From positions 12,073 to 76,072 of the forward strand of contig PUMJ01000050.1 in NCBI GenBank assembly GCA_003551305.1: a stretch of 64,000 nt of DNA, written 5' to 3'. The notes beneath the pieces are model-generated. The model worked only from the letters and a program-made list of their open reading frames with translations, was not told the origin of the DNA and did no database searches. Position 1 is the first letter of the stretch; the number at the start of each line of letters is the position of its first letter. Positions 1-6,563 of this stretch are shown in pieces. Made by a program: the position numbers and the translations under genes. Source of the DNA: Candidatus Brocadiaceae bacterium. Lineage in GTDB: Bacteria; Planctomycetota; Brocadiia; SM23-32.

Positions 1-452
1 GCCTGCTGGGCGGGCTGGCGGCGGGGTTCATGGTGCCCTCGCTCCACGTCGGCGCCGCCCCCTACCACACCTTCGAGGTACTGACGGGCATCTACCGGCT
101 GGACGGCCTCATCGCCTCGCTCATCGGGGCGCTGGGGGGCGGGCTGATGGTGGTGTTTTTCGCCATCCTCGGCGCCGTCGTCTTCCGCAAGGAGGCGATG
201 GGCTTCGGCGACGTGAAGCTGATGGCGATGATGGGCGCGTTTTTCGGATGGAAGTTCGTCGTGGTCGCCTTCTTCATCGCGCCCTTCGTCGGGCTGCTCT
301 ACGGGATACCCCTGCTGGTGCTGCGCGACGAGCACGTGATGCCCTACGGCCCGTTCCTCAGCATAGGCGCCGTGGTGACCATCATCTTCCGCAGCGAACT
401 GACCCTCTACCTCGAACCGCTGGAGCACCTGGCCGCGACGCTGCTGGGATGA
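1..452 (+). CDS. pilD: Type IV prepilin leader peptidase (A24 family), C-terminal part; 5' end lies outside the window
   Basis: The reading frame is open from position 1. The motif FGDVKLMAMMGAFFGW and multi-pass hydrophobic stretches are typical of PilD/A24 peptidases. The stop codon is at 450-452. Confidence 0.7.
   Translation, partial: LLGGLAAGFMVPSLHVGAAPYHTFEVLTGIYRLDGLIASLIGALGGGLMVVFFAILGAVVFRKEAMGFGDVKLMAMMGAFFGWKFVVVAFFIAPFVGLLYGIPLLVLRDEHVMPYGPFLSIGAVVTIIFRSELTLYLEPLEHLAATLLG
362..442 (+). repeat. Direct repeat copy 1 (81 bp), the native 3' end of pilD
   Basis: Matches 2497-2577 with 2 mismatches. Encodes ...IGAVVTIIFRSELTLYLEPLEHLAAT, then LLG and stop. Confidence 0.85.
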
Positions 453-544
453 GTTGAGGACGGAACGCTTAGGAATCAGGTTCTCAGACAATACGAGAGC
501 TCAGTAACGCCCTTGACGTAATGCCGCACCTATGGTAGTCTGCC

Positions 545-1516
545 TTGCGGACTCGCGGAAAGGAGGGGCACGTGAGCATAGCGCTTCAAGGCGAAAATGA
601 ACGTGACGGACCTGAACCGCTGTACGAAACTGATCTCGGAACGTGCTACGTTGGGGATTCAAGGGACATCCTACCTTATGTGCCTTCTGATTCCATCGAC
701 CTGCTGATCACTTCGCCTCCGTTCGCCCTGACACGGAAGAAGGAGTACGGCAACAAAGACTCGGATCAATACGTGGATTGGTTTCTGACCTTCGTGCCCG
801 AGATTCATCGCGTGCTGAAGCCGAGAGGCAGCTTTGTGCTCGACCTCGGGGGTGCCTATCTTCCCGGGGCTCCGGTTCGGACGATCTACCAGTTCGACCT
901 CTTGGTCAGACTCTGCAAAGATTACGAGTTTTACCTTGCCCAAGAGTTTTTCCACTACAATCCTTCCCGGCTGCCCTCACCGGCAGAATGGGTGAACATT
1001 CGCCGCATTCGAGTGAAGGATGCCGTCAACTTGGTCTGGTGGTTGTCCATTACGGAAAATCCCAAGGCGGACAACACCCGTGTGCTGAAACCGTATAGCG
1101 ACAGCATGGAGACTCTTCTGAAAAACGGCTACAAAACCAAGCGACGGCCCAGTGGCCACAAGATATCGGGGAACTTCGCAAGACGTAACGATGGTGCAAT
1201 TCCTCCGAATCTACTTGAATTACCCAATACACGCAGCAACACGCTGTATCTGCGTCGGTGTCGTGAACGAGGCCTGAAACCACATCCGGCGCGCTTCCCG
1301 GAGGAGTTTCCGGAGTTCTTCATAGATTTTCTGACAGAGCCCGGCGATACGGTCTTGGACATTTTTGCGGGGTCCAACACGACAGGATTCGTGGCCGAAC
1401 GAAAGAGCAGGCAATGGCTGGCCTTCGAGAAGAGTTTGGAGTACGCCAGGGCCAGCGCATTCAGATTTGAAACCCCCGGCGAACTCTTCCCGGACGTGAA
1501 AAATGCGTCAGCTTGA
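545..1516 (+). CDS. DNA methyltransferase, beta-class N4/N6 family (motif IV SPPF precedes motif I FAGSNTTG); probable N4-cytosine MTase
   Basis: Carries DLLITSPPFAL (motif IV) and VLDIFAGSNTTG (motif I) in the beta-class order. An in-frame GTG at 572 behind AAAGGAGGGG is an alternative start. The 3' end overlaps the next gene by 14 nt. Confidence 0.8.
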   Translation: MRTRGKEGHVSIALQGENERDGPEPLYETDLGTCYVGDSRDILPYVPSDSIDLLITSPPFALTRKKEYGNKDSDQYVDWFLTFVPEIHRVLKPRGSFVLDLGGAYLPGAPVRTIYQFDLLVRLCKDYEFYLAQEFFHYNPSRLPSPAEWVNIRRIRVKDAVNLVWWLSITENPKADNTRVLKPYSDSMETLLKNGYKTKRRPSGHKISGNFARRNDGAIPPNLLELPNTRSNTLYLRRCRERGLKPHPARFPEEFPEFFIDFLTEPGDTVLDIFAGSNTTGFVAERKSRQWLAFEKSLEYARASAFRFETPGELFPDVKNASA

Positions 1517-2495
1517 CAAAGAGGGCCTGCTTACACGGGTGCAGCGGGCACTGCGGGAGTGCGGGGCGTGTTTCGAACGGACCTCACCTCGCGGCGAGCA
1601 TCCTGCATACTTTGATCTCTACGAACCTGTTGGACTGAAACTGCGCGTCTACATCTGGAACATCACTCACGGTGGGGCCACGCGTCCTGCTGATGAATAC
1701 CGCATACAAGTTACAGGCGTGGGGAGCCTGCTGGCCAATGATCAGCATAAGACGCTCATCCTCGGCTGGCGCAACGGCTCAGGAATATTCGCCGCCTGGG
1801 ACCCGGTCCGTCACGCTGGGCCGGTGAGCAGTTCGCCCTCCATGCAGATCAAGGAGGAGACTCTCCAGGAGGCTGCCCTGCGGGGAGTATCGCTCTGCTA
1901 CCGGGGTGAGGGCGAGATTACGGTAGCCTTCACACCTTCGATGTTCCTTGCCTATGTTCAGCACCAATCAGGCCTGCATGTGGATGCGCATCCGCCCGAA
2001 TGGGTCCAGGAGGTTAACGAAGCCGTGACCCGAGCGTCGGAGTCGGCTTCGCCGCTTCCTATGCCGGCGGACAAGGCTGATCCGCGCGAGCGGACGGTTA
2101 CAGAGGTGGCGCGCATTGTCAGAGACAGCAGCTTCCGTTCCAGGGTTCTCGGGGCTTATGCCCACAGCTGTGCGGCCTGCGGGCTTCAACTGGACTTGGT
2201 TGAAGCCGCGCATATTGTGCCTGTCCGGCATGCTGAAAGCACGGACGAGACGCCCAATGGGCTGTGCCTGTGTGCTCTACACCACAAAGCGATGGATCAA
2301 GCACTTATCAGGATTGAGGTCGATTACCGGCTTTCCGTGAACCCGGACAGGCTGGAGGATCTGCGCGAGGCGAGAAGGATCAAAGGTCTCAAGGATTTCA
2401 CAGGTGCTTTGCGTGACATGATCAAGCTTCCGCCCGAGCCGAAACTCAGGCCCAATCCGGAGTACATCAAACTTCGCAACTCGCTCAAAACGTAA
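1503..2495 (+). CDS. HNH-motif endonuclease with an uncharacterised N-terminal domain; putative restriction endonuclease partner of the MTase
   Basis: C-terminal HNH signature SCAACG...AAHIVP...NGLCLCALHH. Translationally coupled to the MTase through a 14-nt overlap, and sits in the same low-GC segment. Confidence 0.65.
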   Translation: MRQLDKEGLLTRVQRALRECGACFERTSPRGEHPAYFDLYEPVGLKLRVYIWNITHGGATRPADEYRIQVTGVGSLLANDQHKTLILGWRNGSGIFAAWDPVRHAGPVSSSPSMQIKEETLQEAALRGVSLCYRGEGEITVAFTPSMFLAYVQHQSGLHVDAHPPEWVQEVNEAVTRASESASPLPMPADKADPRERTVTEVARIVRDSSFRSRVLGAYAHSCAACGLQLDLVEAAHIVPVRHAESTDETPNGLCLCALHHKAMDQALIRIEVDYRLSVNPDRLEDLREARRIKGLKDFTGALRDMIKLPPEPKLRPNPEYIKLRNSLKT

Positions 2496-2496
2496 A

Positions 2497-2577
2497 CATA
2501 GGCGCCGTGGTGACCATCATCTTCCGCAGCGAACTGACCCTTTACCTCGAACCGCTGGAGCACCTGGCGGCGACGCT
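2497..2577 (+). repeat. Direct repeat copy 2 (81 bp), a displaced or alternative pilD 3' end
   Basis: Identical to 362-442 except for 2 mismatches. Continues in-frame to a stop after the same number of codons (..ATLFA*). Confidence 0.85.
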
Positions 2578-2750
2578 ATTCGCGTGAGCGTCTGCCCGTT
2601 CCCGCCCTCCGCTCGGACTGACATGCAACGCTCCTCACGCAGCTCACCAGGGGGGAAAGGTCCTCAGCGGCTGCCGGTTGTTTGCTGAGGGTGCGAATTG
2701 AGGGTGGGGCGGCTGCCAACCACCATGATCACCTCGGGCACAGGGGGCGG

Positions 2751-2771
2751 CAAAAGCCCCCTTGCGGGGGC
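2751..2771 (-). terminator. Rho-independent terminator for the minus-strand ABC/ArsR operon
   Basis: On the minus strand, GCCCCC-GCAA-GGGGGC hairpin followed by TTTTG, about 80 nt downstream of the permease stop. Confidence 0.5.
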
Positions 2772-2853
2772 TTCCACAGCCGAGGCTTCGGCCGTGAGCT
2801 CAGCCGAACCGGGCGGCTGTGCCACGGTGGCCTCCTGGCGTCGGTCGGCCGCC

Positions 2854-3627
2854 CTACAGACCCCGGGAGCGCCACATGCGGTGGAAGAAACAGGCGCCCA
2901 GGAACATCACCACGGTGAATCCCACCAGGGCCACCAGCGCCACCCAGACCGGGAAGTAGGGCTCCTGCCCGAAACCCGTCCTGATGAGGTCCGCCGCGTA
3001 GGACAGGGGCGAAATGGGCGATATCCACTGCGCCCAACTCGGCATCTCCGCTATGGGCAGGAAGACGCCGCTGACGAACAGCAGCGGCAGGCGCACCAGG
3101 TTCGAAAGCAGCATGATGTTGGACGGGCTGCTGGCCGGCGGCGACGCCAGAAGCACCCCGAGCGTGGCGAAGCTGAGCGCCCCGAGCACGACGCCGCAGA
3201 TCAGAAGCGGCAGGCTCGTGATGACCGAGTCCGTAAGCGCCAGCCCCAGCACCACGGGCACCACCGAGAGGCACGCCCCGAAGAGCAGCCCGCTGGTGAT
3301 GTCGCCCAGCAGGATGGCGCGCAAAGACAGGGGCGAGGAGATGAGCCGCTCGTAGGTCCGGGCGTTCCGCTCCCACGGGGTCACCAGCGGCCCGACGGCG
3401 CTGGCGGTGAACCACAGCGCCATCGCCACCATGCCCGGCACGATGGCGTCCGCCGCGATGGGCCGGCCCATCAGGAAGGTGAGGAAAAAGAAAACGGGGA
3501 ACAGCACCCCGAAGATCAACACCGGGGGCTTCAGGTAGTAGAGCATCGAGTTCTTCTTGGCGATGACGTAGACGCCGTGGGCCTGCCGGCGCCAGGTCCG
3601 GATTCCTTCGCTCACGGTGTCACTCAT
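2854..3627 (-). CDS. ABC-2 family transporter permease
   Basis: Six hydrophobic helices and ABC-2 type permease architecture. Overlaps the upstream ATPase gene by 8 nt. Confidence 0.75.
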   Translation of the reverse strand: MSDTVSEGIRTWRRQAHGVYVIAKKNSMLYYLKPPVLIFGVLFPVFFFLTFLMGRPIAADAIVPGMVAMALWFTASAVGPLVTPWERNARTYERLISSPLSLRAILLGDITSGLLFGACLSVVPVVLGLALTDSVITSLPLLICGVVLGALSFATLGVLLASPPASSPSNIMLLSNLVRLPLLFVSGVFLPIAEMPSWAQWISPISPLSYAADLIRTGFGQEPYFPVWVALVALVGFTVVMFLGACFFHRMWRSRGL

Positions 3628-4564
3628 TGCGGTCCTCCTCGATCGGCTGTCCTGTCAGTTCCAGGAACACGTCTTCCAGGCTCGGCTTGCAGGTGGCTAT
3701 CTCCGCGATGTCAACTCCGCGGCGCTCGGCGAGCCTGACCACCTCCGTGGCGACCCGGCCGGGCTGCTCCGAGTAGAGGCGGAAGCCGCCGGCCCGGCTC
3801 AGGCGCTTCACCCCCGCCAGCGCGGCAAGCTCATCCTCCGGCGGGAGGCCGTCGGTGAAGCTGACCTGCACGTACTGGCTCGACTTCATCGCGTCGCGGA
3901 GCTGGTCCGGGGTGTCTATGGCGACGATGCGGCCCTTGTTGATGATGGCCACCCGGTCGCAGACCTCCTCGGCCTCGGCCATGTTGTGCGTGGTGAGGAA
4001 GACGGTCAGGCCCTCCCGGTTCATGTCGCGCACGATGTTGCGTATCAGGCGGGCGCTGTGCACGTCGAGGCCGCTGGTCGGCTCGTCCAGGAAGAGTATC
4101 TCCGGCCCGCTCACCAGGGCCGAGCAGAGCATCAGGCGCTGGCGCAGGCCCTTGGAGAGGGCGCGGGCTTTCTGCCCTTTGCGGTCGCCCAGGCCGAGAT
4201 TCTTGAGCAGGCGCTCGCCTTCCTCCTCCCGGCGGGCGCGCGGCACGCCGTGCAACTCCGCCATGAGCATCACGTTGCGCCAGACGCTCAGGTCCAGGTA
4301 AACGTTCGCCTCTTCCGGCACGATGCCCAGGTGTGCGCGGGCGTTGAGCGGGTCCCTGCGGATGTCGTGTCCCTGGATGGTCGCCGTGCCCCCGGTGGGG
4401 TCTATGACGCCCGTGAGCATGCGGACGGTCGTCGTCTTGCCCGCCCCGTTGGGGCCGAGGAAGCCGAAGACCTCGCCTTTGTTGACTTCGAACTCGACCC
4501 GGTCCACGGCGGTCAGTTCCCCGAACCGCCGCGTCAGGCCGCGGACCTCAATGCAGGAGGTCAT
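3620..4564 (-). CDS. ABC transporter ATP-binding protein
   Basis: Walker A GPNGAGKTT, signature LSKGLRQRL, Walker B LFLDEPTSGLD. Confidence 0.9.
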   Translation of the reverse strand: MTSCIEVRGLTRRFGELTAVDRVEFEVNKGEVFGFLGPNGAGKTTTVRMLTGVIDPTGGTATIQGHDIRRDPLNARAHLGIVPEEANVYLDLSVWRNVMLMAELHGVPRARREEEGERLLKNLGLGDRKGQKARALSKGLRQRLMLCSALVSGPEILFLDEPTSGLDVHSARLIRNIVRDMNREGLTVFLTTHNMAEAEEVCDRVAIINKGRIVAIDTPDQLRDAMKSSQYVQVSFTDGLPPEDELAALAGVKRLSRAGGFRLYSEQPGRVATEVVRLAERRGVDIAEIATCKPSLEDVFLELTGQPIEEDRNE

Positions 4565-5217
4565 GTCTGTTGTCTCTCCTTGTCTTTCTCAAAGATGAGC
4601 CACATGCCGAGCCCCGTGTCGGGGTCGTCTTCGGGCAGGGCCCCCTCGCCGACCACCTGGACGCGCTCCAGGCCGGCCTGGCGGGCCCAGCGGCGGAACG
4701 TCTCCGGCTTGCGGACCTCCTCGAAGGCGCGGACCGCCTCAGGACCTTTCTTGCGCACGCTCTGGCGGCGACGGCGGATGAACTCCCGCCGCGCCCACAG
4801 GGGATAGGTTTTGCCCAGCCCCCCGCCGAGCATGGCTTTGCCGCCGGGACGCAGCGCGCGGTGGACCTCTCGCACCCCGGCCGGCGGATCGTCCCAGAAG
4901 TAGATGGAGCCGCGGCTGACGACCAGGTCGGCGCAGCCGCGGGCGAGCGGAAGCGACTCCGCTCGCCCCACGACCGGCACCATTCGTCCCTGCAGGCCGC
5001 GCTCAGCGGCCGTCGCCAGCGCCCGCTGCAGGGCCTCTACGTCGGGGTCCAGCAGGACCAGAACGCCGTCTGTGCGCTCGGCCAGCGCGAAACCCAGCGG
5101 GCCTTCGCCGCAGCCAAGGTCAACCCAGACGCCCTGTTGCGGGCTGCACATCTGCATGACATCATGGACGACACACCGGTAGTAGTCCGGCAGGTCGTCG
5201 GCCTGTTGAGCCGGCAT
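4561..5217 (-). CDS. Class I SAM-dependent methyltransferase (small; possibly ArsM-like)
   Basis: Motif I VDLGCGEG, Rossmann-like MTase fold, several Cys residues before motif I. Its 3' end overlaps the ATPase start by 4 nt. Confidence 0.7.
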   Translation of the reverse strand: MPAQQADDLPDYYRCVVHDVMQMCSPQQGVWVDLGCGEGPLGFALAERTDGVLVLLDPDVEALQRALATAAERGLQGRMVPVVGRAESLPLARGCADLVVSRGSIYFWDDPPAGVREVHRALRPGGKAMLGGGLGKTYPLWARREFIRRRRQSVRKKGPEAVRAFEEVRKPETFRRWARQAGLERVQVVGEGALPEDDPDTGLGMWLIFEKDKERQQT

Positions 5218-5247
5218 GTGGCGTCACCCGAAGCAGTTATCGGCGGA

Positions 5248-5658
5248 TCACACGCAGGGGTGGTCCGCCCCGTCGCCGTGGCATTCCCGGACCTGCTCGG
5301 GGGAGCACTCGGCGGGCTTGCCCTCCAGCTTCTCGGGGTTCTCGCAGTCCCCGAGTATCTCGTCGGCCTCGTCACAGGTGGGCCGCTCCTCGCAGGCCAG
5401 GCATTCAGCCGGTGTGCAATCGGCGGCGTTTTCGACGCAGGGGTGGCCCTGAACGTCGCCGTGGCACTCCCGGATCTGCTCCGGCGTGCAGTCCTCCGGC
5501 TTGCCCTTCAGCTTGTCCGGCTGTTCACAGACGGCAGTTCCGACGCAGGGGTGGTCCTGAACGTCACCGTGGCACTCCCGGATCTGCTCCGGCGTGCAGT
5601 CCTGCGGCTTGCCCTTCAGCTTGTCCGGTTGCCGGCATCCTTCATGTCCGGTACACAT
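5248..5658 (-). CDS. Cys/His-rich tandem-repeat protein (3 units of ~36 aa, each C-x12-C-x7-C-H-G-D-x3-H-P-C); putative metal or metalloid binding
   Basis: Start MCTGHEG is preceded by GGAGGAGG. The repeats are visible at both DNA and protein level. The 5' end overlaps the arsR stop. Confidence 0.6.
   Translation of the reverse strand: MCTGHEGCRQPDKLKGKPQDCTPEQIRECHGDVQDHPCVGTAVCEQPDKLKGKPEDCTPEQIRECHGDVQGHPCVENAADCTPAECLACEERPTCDEADEILGDCENPEKLEGKPAECSPEQVRECHGDGADHPCV
5433..5640 (-). repeat. Intragenic ~108-bp tandem repeat (2 near-identical units, plus a third diverged unit at ~5280-5400)
   Basis: Unit 5433-5540 versus 5541-5640: >90% identical, in-frame, 36 codons each. Confidence 0.8.
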
Positions 5659-5954
5659 GACTCCTCCTCCTTTTCGGCCGGGGGCGTGAGCACGTGGGTG
5701 ATCACGCGCCGGCACTCCTCAAGTCTCTCGCGGTTCACACGATAGTGCGCGAAATTGCCCTGTTTTTCGCGTTCAACCAGTCCGGCGTCGCGCAGTATGC
5801 GCAGGTGCTGGCTGACGGCGGCGGACGTCATGTCCAGCCGGGCCGCCAGCGCCCCGACGCACAGGACGCGTTCCTCCAGCAACTGCACGATCTGAACGCG
5901 TGCGGCGACGCCGAAAAGCTTGAACAGCCGCGCGGCCTCTTCCGGGTCAATCAT
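5616..5954 (-). CDS. ArsR/SmtB family metal(loid)-responsive transcriptional repressor
   Basis: Winged-HTH ArsR signature ...LCVGALAARL...AAVSQHLRILRDAGLV. Strong RBS AAAGGAGGTG before the ATG. Confidence 0.85.
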   Translation of the reverse strand: MIDPEEAARLFKLFGVAARVQIVQLLEERVLCVGALAARLDMTSAAVSQHLRILRDAGLVEREKQGNFAHYRVNRERLEECRRVITHVLTPPAEKEEESCVPDMKDAGNRTS

Positions 5955-5959
5955 CGCGC

Positions 5960-6010
5960 ACCTCCTTTAAGCGCTTGCGTATATGCTAACATACTTAAAG
6001 TCCCTGTCAA
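5960..6010 (-). promoter_or_regulatory. Putative arsR operon promoter with overlapping inverted repeat (candidate ArsR operator)
   Basis: AT-rich stretch with a TTGACA -35 (minus strand; plus-strand tgtcaa at 6005-6010). Inverted repeat TTAAG-N22-CTTAA at 5967-5998, immediately upstream of the arsR RBS. Confidence 0.4.
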
Positions 6011-6372
6011 GTCCCTTCCCCGCGAGATTCCTCATGCGCATCTTAACGCCTTTGCGGCGACCCCGTCGAGACGCCTGCACGGACGGATACGGCCAGACAT
6101 GGGGGACGCCCGGGCTCGCGGCCATGGAGACCGGCAAAAGCAATGTTCAGCCGGAAAGAATGCTGTCATTCTGAGGAGGGACGGAGCTCTGACGAGGAAT
6201 CTTTGCACGGGAGTCCATTGCGCGCCTGAACGGCGAGATTCTTCGCTGCGCCGTTCGGCAAACTCAGAGTGAGCTTTGCCGGGCTCAAGAGCAACCAGCA
6301 ACGAGCACGTGTAAGTTGTCCGTGTCTGCCCGTCGTGCTCGTCGTGGTCGGGCCGCTTTCGGCGCGGAACGG

Positions 6373-6400
6373 TTGACAGGTGCGCGGCCGGGTCTATAAT
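6373..6400 (+). promoter_or_regulatory. Consensus sigma70-type promoter upstream of thrS
   Basis: TTGACA (6373-6378), 16-bp spacer, TATAAT (6395-6400). Lies about 160 nt upstream of the thrS ATG. Confidence 0.55.
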
Positions 6401-6563
6401 GCATTTTCTGTCGGTCACGCGGGGCATTACTCGCGCCACCCTTCCCCGTTGTGGGCAACGGCTGGACTTCCCGTTGTGAGGGAGGTCGGTCCGCCGAAGG
6501 CGGCTGCCGCAGGCGGGCTGCCGCGCCCCCGCACCACACTGACCCGGACCCCGGGACTGTCCC

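Larger units (their letters stand above)
453..2496 (+). mobile_element. Low-GC ~2 kb inserted islet carrying a Type II R-M gene pair; bounded by the 81-bp direct repeats
   Basis: GC drops to roughly 50-55% against ~68% in the flanks. The segment sits exactly between two near-identical copies of the pilD 3' end. No integrase or transposase lies within it. Confidence 0.55.

Noticed and set aside
2698-3738. 346-aa plus-strand ORF, and others at 3617-4807, 4570-5745 and 5694-6272.
   Set aside because: They are antisense to the well-supported ABC permease, ATPase, MTase and ArsR genes. Their composition is low-complexity Arg/Ala/Gly/Pro, typical of spurious open frames in high-GC DNA.
5983-6174. 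63-aa ORF in the arsR-thrS intergenic region.
   Set aside because: No RBS, and an implausible composition. The region is better explained as promoter and leader space for two divergent operons.
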